Positions 12,020 to 24,901 are shown, counted from the stretch's first letter. The stretch is DNA of 64,000 nt from Callorhinchus milii (GCF_018977255.1 NW_024704743.1:49230001-49294000), one strand, 5' to 3'. Translations and numbers: made by a program. The notes: generated by a model from the letters alone, not told the origin.

Positions 12020-12418
12020 GGGGTGTGTGGGGTGGGGATGGGTGCGGGGTTTGGGGGGGGGCTGGGGATGTGTGGGGGGGGTTGGGGTGGGGGGCTGGGG
12101 ATGTGTGGGGGGGGGCTGGGGATGTGTGTGGGGGGGGGGGCTGGGGATGTGTGGGGGGGGCTGGGGATGTGTGGGGGGTGGGGGGTGGGGTGGGGATGTG
12201 TGGGGGGGTTTGGGGTGGGGATGGGTGGGGGGTTGGGGTGGGGGGATGGGTGGGGGGTGGGGATGGGTGGGGGGTTTGGGGTGGGGGGGTGGGGATGTGT
12301 GGGGGGGTTTGGGGTGGGGGGTGGGGATGTGTGGGGGGGTTTGGGGTGGGGGGGTGGGGATGTGTGGGGGGGTTGGGGTGGGGGGGTTTGGGGTGGGGGG
12401 GTTTTGGGGTGTGGGTGG
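12020..12418. repeat. G-rich low-complexity tract (GGGGT/GGGGATGTGT units)
   Basis: Dozens of runs of four or more G. Confidence 0.95.
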
Positions 12419-12725
12419 ATTTACAACTATTCACTGTGTTGGAAACGGAGCATAAAAGTGTTGCATTGAAGTACAACCTCCCCCCCCCCACACACAGCGA
12501 GAGTCTGTGCTATACAATTAGATCACATTTCAGTAACTTGGGAGCCCGGAGGATGGAGTTTACGTGGTGCAGATGCGGTGCGCTTTTCTCTTCTCTTCTC
12601 TCCCGTGTGTTCAGGGAGAGAAAAGAACATAAAATTATGTCTCATTCGCTCCAATGACCAGAAAGCAGAAGGAACTCTTGCACTTCAGTGTCAATGGCCA
12701 AACCCTTGGGTTGATGGTGATCTCT

Positions 12726-13029
12726 ATAATAATAATCCTTGCGCTTTTCATGTCGGGAGGACGTCCCAAAGCGCTTCGCAGAATATACTGTAAAGTGAAT
12801 TGACTGTATATTTGTGGGCGAACGCGGCAGTCAATTGCGCACAGCAATGTCCCACAAACAGTCGTGGATTGAAAATGACCAATTTATTATTGTTTTTGGT
12901 TTTGGAGGGATTATTATTAGGCTCTGTGTGGAGTAAGGAAACTTGCCCAAGGTTTCGCCCTCTGCCTGGAATTGAGCCCAGGTCTCTCACTTACAAAGCG
13001 AGTGCTCTAACCACTGAGCTACAGGACTC
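12726..13029 (-). mobile_element. tRNA-derived SINE (short form)
   Basis: Near-identical to 1861-2184. Confidence 0.9.
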
Positions 13030-13332
13030 TCTCTCTCTCTCGTGTCACTGCGGGGAATTGCAAAGCAGTGAACCTTTCTTTGCCTGATCTGCTCCTAAGG
13101 GTGTGGACAACCCAGATTGTGAAGTGCGATTAACGCCTTAATGCACACGTCGCCTCTGGTTAGCAGGAACATTACTTTTGTTACCTTAGTTTCGGGGGGG
13201 GGGGGGGGGATGAATCACATTTTTTTTGCAGTATTTCGGTGAATTTGTGACACAATCTACTTAACATCTAAAAGTTGTTCAAGTCATCAATAATTCTCTC
13301 TAGATTTAAAAAGGCCCGACACCATTCCAACC

Positions 13333-13646
13333 AATAATAATAATCCTTGCATTTGATACAGCACTTTTTCACGTCTTCTAGACATCTCAAAAGCGTTTCA
13401 CAGAATAGACTGTAAAGTGAATTGACCGTATATTTGTGGGCGAAATGCGGCAGCCAATTGTGCACAGCAGTGACCCACATAAGTTGTGGATTGAATTTAC
13501 CAATTTATTATTATTGTTTTTTTCTTGAAGGATTATTATTAGGCGTGTGGAGTAAGGAAACTGGCCCAAGGTTTCACCCTGACGGAAATCAAACCCAGGT
13601 CTCTCGCTTACAAAGCGAGTGCTCTAACCACTGAGCTACAGGATTC
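13333..13646 (-). mobile_element. tRNA-derived SINE (short form)
   Basis: Near-identical to 1861-2184. Confidence 0.9.
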
Positions 13647-14458
13647 AATCTCGCTCTCCTGGCAGTATATTAGCTCTATCTATGTATATTATTTGTTGAA
13701 TAATTTTAATACAATGCTCTGATATTAGTTACCTATGCATTTAAATGCCTAATTAAAACAAAACGTGATTCTCAGCATGGTCCTAAGCCAAGTAAGTGTT
13801 GATATGTATAGTGAAATGGAAATGAGTTGAAACATATGGATAGGTCACTTGCAGAGCTGGTTTGTTAAATGAGGAAAGCTATTCATTTCATTGCAAGCGC
13901 TCATCGGGTTTATTATGCTCATAATTTTATATTGTACAATCATTGCACCCAATTTAGCAGTGAGAATTATGCCCTTCTCTTAAATCTTAAAACTACTGAT
14001 TCATATTGTTAATGGTTCTGCATGCTCCGAGCATGCCCCTCAGTATCCATTATTCATGTATGAGTACACGCTGAGTATGAGGCTGTGTAACTGTAGGCAG
14101 TGTTACAGCCAAGCCGCACCCATCCTGTCCACACCTGATATGAACGCTGCCTAGAAGGGTCATTAGGTTAGCTGATTTTTTTTCCCCCACCTTCCTAGCT
14201 CCAGGCTACTGAGGCAAATTGTAGTACCCCTGTTGATAGCACACCAAAGATCAATTGAAGTAGCACTTAGGATTGCAAGTTTGGATCTTGGATCTTTCTT
14301 GCTATGCATGACTCAGTTTCACAAACTATGTAGTACATTTGCCAACTTAGATATTGGAGAGATTGAAACAAATTTTATATTCTTTTCTTTTGAATGTTCC
14401 TGAAACTCCAGTTGTGATTTTGAACTCAAAGTCTAGCTTGCCACTCCTTTGTTCATTG

Positions 14459-14815
14459 TGGAGACCTGTAGCTCAAGTGGTTAGAGCACTCACCTCACAA
14501 GTGAGAAACCTGGGTTTGATGAAATGTTTGCTTACTCCACATGCCTGTTTACCTAGCAGTAAGTAGGAACCTGTGTTAGTCGATTAGCGGATTGCTTTTC
14601 CGGAGTTAATAATCCCTCAAAAAATAATATAATAATAATAATTTGGTCACTCAATCATGCCTGTTTGTGGGACACTGCTATGCGCAATTGGCTGCTGCGT
14701 TTTGCCCACAAAATATACAGTCAATTCACTTTACAGTATATTCTGTGAAGTGCTTTGAGACGTCTAGAAGACGTGAAACATGCTATATCAAATGCAAGGA
14801 TTATTTATTTTATTA
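14459..14815 (+). mobile_element. tRNA-derived SINE (long form)
   Basis: Head CCTGTAGCTCAAGTGGTTAGAGC, extra GTTTACCTAGCAGTAAGTAGGAACC segment, Deu-like core and tail. Confidence 0.88.
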
Positions 14816-15909
14816 ATATAAATCAACAACATCGTCCAGAACAAAAATCAGATATTATTAGAATGATGGCATACTTTGTCGTTTGGATGTTGGTAGAAAC
14901 TTGACTTTTTCCCTCCTTGCTTTATGTAATTGGGTCAGATCTTGAATGCATCCTGCTGTGTGTGAACAAACCATCATGAGATGTATTGCTGGAACAGAAT
15001 CAAAGGCAATACAGTAACTGTTGTATGGGAACTTTTTCAACTTAGCACGTTTCCTCTTTGCTACAATATCGATGCTATCTGCCACTGGAAACAAAGGATC
15101 TGTTGTGAAGTTGGTTAATACTGAATGGGGGTGGGTAGGTATGTAACGTGAGCAGATCCATTTTTTAAAATTTCATAGCATCCTTAGTGGAATAAAATCC
15201 GGGATTGTGAAGGTTCAGAGGGTACAGTATACAATGAGCTTGAAGTAATCGGTAGTTTATTGGCATTAGTGTATCATATTATAGAGCAACTTCCTCTAGA
15301 AAATCCTGTGTTGCCATTGCTGTGGAATTTGCCCTTGTTTATAGTCCAGAGTGGATTGCACTGCACTCTTGACAATTGTTCAGAATTCCAACGTTCATTT
15401 CCTTATCGTCGGATATTATAAAACGGAAACAATATTGCTGTCCCCTACAGGTGATCTGAGAGATAAGCCTATTCAGATATGATTGGGGGTTGGTGTTACA
15501 GAAGACAGCATTTAATAATAATATTATAATAATTCTTGCATTTGATAAAGAGCCTTAACCTATTGTTGAGATGTCTCAAAGTGCTTCACAATAATTTGTT
15601 TATTTTATAAAATAAACTCGTCAGGCGCTGACAGCATTAGTCTACGTGAATGCATGCTCCACCTTGCAGAGCCCGTGCAGAACTTTGTTTAGGGTGGAGA
15701 ATGAGATGATCACTGATTTGTGTTAGCTTTTTGACATTCTTTGCATTCTTTGCTTTACTGGGTTGTGGTAAACTGCCTTAGCGTTTCATTGAGCTGTCTC
15801 AATGCCCTTCACAGAATACATTGTAAAGTGGATTAATCCCTTTAATCGAACAGTTTTGTTCTACTCCAAAATGTCGACTGCCCGCCTCTTCTCTCCACGA
15901 GCCACAGAA

Positions 15910-16362
15910 TGTCAGAATTCTGCAGCTCGTCTTCTTTCCCACACCAGGCTCTGCAAGTATTGCCTCCATCCTTTCCCGCTTACACTGACTCTCCATCCCC
16001 TAGCAGATTGAGTTTGATATCCTCGTCCTAAACTTTAAATCTCTCCACGGTCTTGCCCTACCCTACCTCTGAGACTTTCTCAAACCTTACAAACCTGCCC
16101 ATTTCCTTCGCTCAGCAGGCACTGGCCTGCTTCACGTCGTCCGCTCTACCCTCCCCCACCACTATCGGCGGTTGAGCTTTCAGTGTATCTTCCCAACTCT
16201 CTGGAATTCCATTCCGGAGCCCCTTTCCTGCCTTCTTCAAGGTCCACCTCAATACCTTCTCTTTGACCACTCTTCGGTTATCTTTTTCCCAGCTCAGCTG
16301 CACACCCAGGATTGTCCAGCATCTTTCTGGACATGAAAGATGTATATAAATGTGTTGTTGTT
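15910..16362 (+). mobile_element. Degenerate L2 3' fragment
   Basis: QNSAARLL remnant and (TTG)n tail. Confidence 0.8.
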
Positions 16363-17629
16363 GCTCTGTTTAGATGTCAATACAACATTGCCTGAATATT
16401 ACTATAACGAGAATTATTCAAAGAATCATCCAACCACATTTCTTAGATTTTTACAGTCCAATTCATCTAACATGATTTTTTATATGTAGCCCTTTGAAAC
16501 AACTTGGTGTGTTAGATTTTAAAAAGTTGAAATAATTTTATTTTATAAATTGTGTTTGCACATTGACATTCCCTTTGTTTCAAGGCTGCAAAATTAAATT
16601 CTTCAGCTCTTTGTATCTGATATGTGGTGGTTAACGTCCGTAACCTTGTCTGTCCAGCGCCTTGGGACGTCCTCCCGACGTGAAAGACGCTATACAAATG
16701 TAATTTTGTTGTTGTTGTTGGTGTTGATGGTGTTGTTGTTAAAAGCACTGCCTGGTGTAGCATAAGGTCACACAGGCCCAATGTTTGCAGATTTGAATCC
16801 CAGTCAGTGCTGAGAAGTCTGATAGCTGCTGGAGCAACCTTATGAGGCATTGCAACTGACCTCATTGTGGGTAGATTGAGTTCCTATTTTTGGTCACTAT
16901 CCAGTGCCCTTGGTATCAAGTAAAGAAAGGATTGGGTTCATTTACAATGCATTGAAAATAGCCTGCCAATACTTGCTGTCAAATAATCAGTCATGACTAA
17001 TTGTGCGAGGTACTGGAGGACCAGGAACTCTTAGGAAGTTATCCTGGAAGAAGGGGATGGGGAAAGCAATCCAATGTTTTCAGGAGAAGAAGGGAGAAGA
17101 GTAGAAAAATAGGCAAGATGATTTTTTTTCTAAAAGAGCTATTGGTTAGATGTTGAGTTTTGAAAACTTTTAATTGAACTTTCAATATCTGAATATTTAG
17201 TTGATTGGGTGATTTTAAAATGTTACCTCCCAGGGCAGTATGCATTTTAAAAACCCCTGGGATACAGAAAGCTTTCAAGTGTGCGTGCGTGCCCGTGTGT
17301 GTGTGCCCCCCCGTGTGTGCGCGTGCCCATGTGCGTGCGCATGTATGCGTGCGTGTATCTGCGTGTGCACTTTGAGAAGTTCCCCCCCCACTCCCCCGAC
17401 ATGAAAGACGCTACATAAATATATATTTTTTTAGGTAATAGGGTAGATATCACAACTTTTTGGTCACCTTGTATATTTTCCTTTTAGTAATTGTCTGTAT
17501 GTAGCTTTGTGGCTGCCCAGATATGGGTCAATATGGACAAACCTAGCATGGCTTTCCAACAGGGCTCTAATAATTCAATAAATCCTTACAATTAATATTC
17601 CATCCATAACATTCAGATGTCTCAAAGCG

Positions 17630-17870
17630 CTTTCTAAGTAATTGCTAATGTATCTGGAGGATTGTTGGTGAGAACACCAGAAGAAGCTGCCTTTACAGTA
17701 ATGTCACGAGAGCTTTTAAACATCCATCTGAACAGACAAATGAGATCTCGGTTTAATGGTTCATGTGAAGGATGGCACCTTTGACATTGTAGCTCTCCCC
17801 CTGTACTGAACAGTGTCATTGTAGCCTGATCTCAGTTTAAACAACCTTCAGACCCAGAGGTGAATGTTAC
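17630..17870 (-). mobile_element. Deu-domain SINE fragment
   Basis: Reverse complement resembles 62222-62612 (GGTGCC.TCCTTC..ATGA, GTTCAG.TGGATGTT.AAAG). Confidence 0.65.
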
Positions 17871-18105
17871 AAACATCTGTCTGGATTAGGTAGTCAATTT
17901 GCAGTACATGCATCCAATTGTGCTTTGCAGCCAGAAAAGACTCCTTTATAGGTTATATTACTTGTGCTGGGAGAGAATTATTCAGAGTAACTGTTGCTGA
18001 CAGTAGTACCAGTGGAGTTTAATCATCCACTTTAATGCCCATAAAAACATATTTTAAGTCTCTTTTATTACCTCCTGTCATTGCTGTCGGGTATGTCGCT
18101 GATTG

Positions 18106-18184
18106 TGTTTACAGCAAACTTTTGTTTACAGCAAACTTTTGTTTACAGCAAAGTTTTGTTTACAGCAAAGTTTTGTTTACAGCA
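18106..18184. repeat. 17-bp tandem repeat TGTTTACAGCAAA(C/G)TTT, about 4.6 copies
   Basis: TGTTTAC at 18106, 18123, 18140, 18157 and 18174. Confidence 0.95.
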
Positions 18185-18299
18185 GTTATGATACATCATC
18201 TCACCTGTGCAGTTTAATGTATCTAACACGTAAATTGCAAAATAATGTGGATCAAAAATAAGTTTGCAAACAAGGCATAAATTAGTTTTAAGCCAATAT

Positions 18300-18762
18300 A
18301 CTTGGAATCTCAGAATCGAGCGAGCCCTCTGTGACGGTCTGAGTAGTCTGGTTCCTGAGCCGGGTCGGTCCGCAGAATTCATTTGCTAGGGTCAGCTCCT
18401 GTTAACCGTGCAAACCAAAGCACGAATGGGTAGGGTGTTCTTAGATGGACCAGCAGTGGGAAAGCTTGCCAAACAGTGATATCAATGGCAAGCTATGCAG
18501 TTTTAGCTGGTTAAGACTCCAGCAGAACCTCAACACACACTCGGGGGTCCCCAAGCCTTGGCTCTTGATCTAATACTTTACGGAATTAGGTAACCACGAT
18601 TCATCCCTCCAGGGAGAGAGTGTGCATTTCATTCCAACAATCTATCTCTGGGATTTCGATGTGTAGGTGGAATGCAATGGAAATCTCAGCTTGGTTTGGA
18701 TACTCTTTAAGCATGGTGATGGATTTCCGCATGTGTCAGACACCCGGTTGACCAAGAAATAA
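18300..18762 (+). repeat. Unclassified dispersed repeat (copies also at about 7460-7695 +, 26140-26610 +, 46620-46960 -)
   Basis: Shared ordered motifs: CAGCTC.TGT.AACC, AATGGGTA, CAGCAG..GG.AAGCTT, AATACTT..GGAATTAGGTAA, CTCT.TAAGCATGG. Confidence 0.7.
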
Positions 18763-18909
18763 ATATTTACAACATTACTAGATTACAAGAAAGTTTTGGA
18801 TGAAATCAAAAGGCCTTCAGCCCATTTGATGTCATCATTCATTTAACATTATGTTTCTCTAGTGTGCAATCACACATTGCATACTAGAGAATGCACACTG
18901 CATTACTGT

Positions 18910-19335
18910 GCATCAGCCTGGCTCAGTTGGGAGTACTCTCATCTCTGAATTAAAATATTGTAGTTTCAAGCCCCATGTTAGGACTTGAAACTCATATAGG
19001 CAAAGCTGGCGATCGAATGCACGGCTGAAATGTGCTGCATTGGTGGAAGTGGCGTCCTTCAGATAGGACATTAAACAAAGGCTCCATGTGCCTGTTCAAG
19101 TGCCGTTAAAGATCCCATGGCACTATTTGAAAAGAGAAGAATGTTCCTCCCAGTGTCCTGACCAACAATCCCCCATATAAAATTGGTCATTCATTTCAAG
19201 GTGGAGAATGGGACATTGCTGTGCACAAATTGGCTGCTGCATTTGCCCACAAAAAATATACAAGTCACTAAACTTTACAGTATATCCTTTTGGTGCTTTG
19301 AGACGTTCTCCTGACATGAAAGGCACAAGACCAAT
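18910..19335 (+). mobile_element. Full-length Deu-domain SINE (SacSINE1/AmnSINE1-like body)
   Basis: Head CAGCCTGGCTCAGTTGG, central AAAGATCCCATGGCACTATTT...GTGTCCTGACCAAC, L2-like tail. Confidence 0.75.
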
Positions 19336-20399
19336 GTAAGGAATGTTATTTATTAAAATATGGGTATTGTGAATGTTCTTTTCTTTGTTTAAAAGCAAAA
19401 TGGTGATATATTGTATATAGATTTTATTTCAAAATGAGAATTATTTCCCAACTACTGTTCAGTCATGATTCATATCATGCCCAAATCAACTAGTTTTCCT
19501 TATGGGGAACTACTTTGTTCTTTAGCAAATAACCAGCACAACTTCCTTCAGTTTCCTTATTTTCCTGAGCATTGGTGCTGTCTGAAGTTTCTCCTTTCCA
19601 CTTCCCATATTGATTAAGATCATCATTAAACCAATCCATTTGACTTCTTATGTACACAAGTACCCTTAGCATGAACTTTGTGCAGGTGATAGCATTGCAT
19701 TTTACTTACTGTGGCTTTCCCTTCGAGGATTTGCTGATCGTTATATAATGGTAGCTAAAAGCTGAAGGAAAATCATTTGTTCCGGTCTTTCCATTTGCAC
19801 TAAAACATTCAGCTGTATTCTCTATTACATTAGTTTACAATTTATGTCACAACAATTTTAAAAAAATCAGAAGTGAGAAAACTCTAGCCATGTTTCAAAA
19901 CCTTGAAGTAATGTTGCAATACACAGCTCAACGATATGGGGCACTCCAGAGACTTGGAAGTCTGGTGAATTTGTACATTTGATTTTGCAATTACGTTTCC
20001 CCGAAAGCAGTACAAGGCTTCGCTCAGAAATCATTATTGAATTGTAATTTAGAGTTGTACTGAGAAGCATAGCAGAATATTAAAAAAATTATTAACGTGA
20101 ACAATAGGGACAGGAGTGGATTGCTGTCAATAAGTGAACTAGAGGGCTATTACCATGAAATAAATAGTTTCACTCTTACCATATGATTTCTCATTCTAAT
20201 AACCTGTTCCCTTCCCTTTTTTGGAGTATTTGAAGACACCACGTTTACAAAAGTTGCCCCCACTTTACATTTTACATTCAGGCTTCCAATGGCCTGGTTA
20301 GGCTACATCATATAGTATAGAATTATGGATACTTGGATGATATTACATCCTGGAAATACTGCAGTAACAGAAAGGAATTGACTACTCTTGTGATTTTAC

Positions 20400-22330
20400 A
20401 ACAATAAATTGCATGTATTTAACACCTGACTTTTCACCTTGGGAGGATTTTCCAAGGTGCTGGACAGTCAATGGTTTGTATCCAATCTGGGGGTTAAAAT
20501 TGGTAGGGGTGGGGGTCAGTGGGCGTGGGAAGATGATCGAAGGCATTGTCGGAAGGACCTTGAAGAAAGCGAGGGAAAAGGCAAGGCAACGGGACTCCAG
20601 AATGGAGTTCCAGAGAATTAAGGCTGAAGGTCCAACGACTGATAGTAGGGCGGGCAGGGCGAGGGACATGAAGCAGACTATTGCCTGCTGAGCAGAGAGA
20701 GAGAGAGAGGGCAGGTTTGGTAGGTTTTAGAAGGTCACAGAGGTAGGGTGAGGCAGGACTGTGAAGGAATTTAAAAGTGAGAACAAAGATCTTCAACTCC
20801 CAACTTCTGGGGGATAGGGAGCCAGTAGTATAGGGTGAGGATAGAGTTGATGGGCTCACAGAGCCTAATAGGTTAGAGGACATGAGCTGCAGAGTTCTGA
20901 ATAGTCTGAACTCTGCAGCTCATGTCCTCTAACCCATGTGGAGGGATGTGGAAGGAAGAGTTTGGGATTTTGGACCCAAGGAAGTACAACATCTCGTAGT
21001 TGGAGGAGAGGTATGGGAAGGTAAGCGGTAAGGTTTGGCGTGATCCACAAAATCTGGCGTTGGTGCATTAGGTTGGATTTGAGCCAGATGCATTCATCGG
21101 CACGTACTGTGACTTGAGGAAGAGGTGGTAGGTAGTGTACCAAGAGGCTTTGTGGGAGGTGATGGGGCCAAGGATGTTAGTGAGGGAGTTTTGAAGGTGG
21201 ATTACTGAAGTAAGGTTGTTGTGGAAGTTCAGTGGAGTTCAGATGACTCGCGGAGAGGGAGTATGGGGGTGATTTTTTTTTCCCCCAGGGGCAGATAATA
21301 ATAATAATCCGTGCATTTGATATAGCGCTTTTCACATCGGGAGGACGTCCCAAAGCGCTTCACAGAACACACTGGAAAGTGAATTGACTGTATATTTGTG
21401 GGCGAACGCGGCAGCCAATTGCGCACAGCAATGTCGCACAAACAGTCGTAGATTGAAAATGACCAAATTATTATTGTTTTGGGTTTTGAAGGGATTATTA
21501 GGCGTGTGGAGTAAGGAAACTTGCCCAAGGTTTCGCCCTCTGCCTGGAATTGAACTCAGGTCTCTCACTTGCAAAGCGAGTGCTCTAACCACTGAGCTAC
21601 AGGACTCCACAAATATAATTGGGTTGGGCGGCAGGGAGTGGGGTGGAGGAGTTAAGGGAGATGAAGGAATAGTTTGAGATTGTTTTATCGTGATGGTAAT
21701 GTCCGAAACAGTGAGGCCCTGGGTAATCACCAGGTCAAGGGGCTGACCATGGATGTGGGTGGTGGAGTTAATATGAAGGGAGAGATTGAAAGAGGAGGGG
21801 AGGGAGGAATCATCAGCAGGAGTGAAGCGGAGGTTGAAGTCGCCCAACATGAGGATGTTTTCAGAGCAGAAGGAGAGGGAAGACAGAAGGATAGAGATGT
21901 TGGAGAGAAAAGTGCAGGAGGATTTTGGGGGAGGGAGGAAACAATAGATGAGAATTTTTAGGGAGAGATTGGAGGGATGGTAAAAAGCAAGACGTTCAAA
22001 GAAGGGGAAGGTTCTGGAGGACTAAGGGATAGACGGTATGAAGCCCTGTAGATGAGAGGCACGCCACTGCCATGATGGTTTGGGTTGTGGGATCTGCTGG
22101 AAGGTGTAACCAGCTGGGGTTGTCTCAGTGAGGGGGACACGTCGCAGGGAGGAATCCAGGTTTCAGTGAGAGCCAGGATGCAATGTTGTTGTCAAGGATG
22201 AGGTCATGGATGTTGAGGGCTTTGTTGGAGAGAAAGTAAATATCTTACAGGACGATGTGGAGGGGCAGGCAGCACACGAAGGGGGGGAAGCGGGTGGGGT
22301 GTGTGTGGAGAAGCGCGGAGGAGGATTGGT
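20400..22330 (-). mobile_element. Old, internally deleted L2 with endonuclease (APE) remnants, interrupted by a SINE
   Basis: Minus-strand LGDFNL and THIHGQPLDLVIT (APE motifs) near 21700-21850; RT C-terminal remnants and 3' end at 20400-20900. Confidence 0.8.
21295..21608 (-). mobile_element. tRNA-derived SINE (short form) nested in the old L2
   Basis: Near-identical to 12726-13029. Confidence 0.9.
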
Positions 22331-22769
22331 AGGAAGGGTATGTTGAGTCAAAATGTGGATTTTAGAAAAAATAATCAGCAGTATTGCAGGCTGAATTGTG
22401 TTAGATTAAATTGGAACTTTATTTTTTGTCTGCAGAGAACGTGACAAGCAGAAACCATTCACTGTGCTTGAGAGTCTCCAATTCAAACCACTGAGAATTT
22501 CACATATGTATGGGTTTTGTTTGTCTGGTATGGAATGTGCCTCAGAGGGACACACCCTTCTTACCTAATCCCGGAGAATTTACGCACAGAAAGGCAAGAG
22601 TGGGCAAGTTGAAAGAAAGAACGTTCATTAGTGCATCAAACATCTCAAAACGCTTTGCAGTAATTAAGCATTGCGGAAGAAAACAAAATATTACTAGTTT
22701 TTGGGACTTTTTTATTCATTTTCATATCTCAAAATATCAAGAGGTAACCCTGTATGGTAATTTGCAGTT

Positions 22770-23081
22770 AATAATAATAATACTTGCATTTGATATAGCA
22801 CTTTTTCAAGTCTTCTCGACGTCTCAAAGCACTTCACAGAATATACTGTAAAGTGAATTGACCGTATATTTGTGGGCGAAACGCGGCAGCCAATTGCACA
22901 CAGCAGTGTCCCAAAAATAGTCATGGATTGAAAATGACCAATTTATTATTTCATTTTTTGGAGGGATTATTATTAGGTGTGTGGAGTAAGGAAACTTGCC
23001 CAAAGTTTTGCCCTGCCTGGAATTGAACCCAGGTGTCTCGCTTGCAAGGCGAGTGCTCTAACCACTGAGCTACAGGACTCC
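22770..23081 (-). mobile_element. tRNA-derived SINE (short form)
   Basis: Near-identical to 1861-2184. Confidence 0.9.
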
Positions 23082-24901
23082 AGTAAAAGGATTTTAAAAG
23101 CAATTTAAAAAAACTGAAAAGGATTTAATTTTCCTTAAAACACTTGGTTTCCTTTTGCTAGTATGTTGTACTGTATGTGGCAATTTAGCTGAAAACTCTT
23201 CTACTTTAAGAATTAAGTGCAGAATTTATTGTACACGAGAGGCAACAGCTACACAGTAAATGGCGAAAGCTTGAATGCTTATGTGCTGCAGCAGCTAAAA
23301 GAGGAAGCTTGCAGGTGGTTGACCGCATGTGTCATCCTGGCAGTTTTTGTTACCTATTGATCCCTTTTACACAGATGCTCTCGGCTCAGAGTATGTATTG
23401 TTCACCTAAGAGGTTTTTGCTCTATTTGCAAGAATAAAAGAGAATTTTGAATGAAGAAGGCCTTTCAGCCCATTTGACCTGAACTTTCCAAAATTCCAAC
23501 TCTCTATAAGAATTTTAATTGTGAAGAAATGGATTTTGTTGTGAAGTAGTGTGAAGGTATTTTTTTGTGTGTGTAATTCACAATTTGTTTTTGAAAAACA
23601 GGAAGAACAACTGGGAAGAAACTGGTTCTGTGTTATGTTACTGACTGTGTTGAAAGCTGATTGTGAAACGTGTAGCATGTGCCAACTATCCAGTTGTGAG
23701 ACAGTCCCCTCTGTTGATACCTTCCGCAGAGGAACATCTTTGACTCTGTCACCGTGCATTTCAAAACTGGTTCCAGCATGCCAGATAAGCCGGTATTCTG
23801 CACTCAGCACTCGAGGACATTCGAACATAGTTGGGAAAACAGAATATCCTACAATTTGATCATACAGAGTTGCCCTATTTCACAGCGAATCCTGTGAAGC
23901 ACTTTGAGATGTCCTTCCGACGTGATAAGGTGCAACAGCAAATGCAAGGATTATTATTTTATATCACATCACATAACCACCATTTTCACCCCCTTTGAAT
24001 CTGAAACATAAGAATGTCGGTAGCACTTATGAGTAGGTAGTCTAAAATGAACTGTATAACAAACCAGGAGCTCTATGGTGAATTAGACTCAGTAAATTTT
24101 AATTCAGCATTAGATCAAAACTACTACTAATAATAATAATCCTTGCATTTGATATAGTGCTTTTCACGTCTTCTAGACGTCCCAAAGTGCTTCACAGAAT
24201 ATACTGTAAAGTGAATTGACTGTATATTTATACCTCCATCAATGAATTAATAATATAATAAATATTTGAATTTCACACAGTGCCTTATCACATCATTGAG
24301 ACACTTCAGGATATACTGTGAAGTGGTGTGACTGTATTTGTGGACAAATGTGGTCAATTTGTGCACAGCAATGTCCCACCGTGGAGTGAGGGAGATTAAG
24401 GAATTGATATACAGGATCTACAATAATTGATATACAGGAAGAAGTTTGCAAATAGAGTTAATTATTCTAATCCTTGCCCTGATATAGAATCTTTCACACA
24501 AGGTAGCATATTGGAGAGCTTATATATAGTATCGCCTAAAATATTAAATGTTGCAAAGCACTATAATATTTCTGTATATTTCTATATATTTGTAAGCAAA
24601 CACATTAATTGTGTTTGCTTACAAATTGTCTTAGAAGCAGTGATGAAGTGAATGCCAATTTCATTTGTGGATTTTTGGTCAGCGCACCAGGAGAAAACTT
24701 CCTTATCTTTTTGAATAGTGCCAGGAGATCTTTAATGTTCACCTGAACAGGCAGGCTGGTTGTCCTTACATTTCTGGGACCTGCTTTGAATTTGGCTGAG
24801 ATTAATAGTATGAAAATGTCCAAATGGTTGCCTGTAGAGGTCCTTTGTGAAATAAACTGTACAGTGCAAAACTGCCCACAATTTAGTACAAATGAACTAG
24901 A

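Noticed and set aside
10039..12657. Long ORFs of up to 577 aa (His/Thr/Pro- or Val/Cys/Gly-rich)
   Set aside because: They are translations of stop-free (GT)n and poly-G repeats in several frames, with no coding signal.
17279..17370. Alternating purine-pyrimidine tracts (also 51860-51897) as Z-DNA regulatory sites
   Set aside because: These are ordinary short microsatellite-like tracts with no evidence of function.
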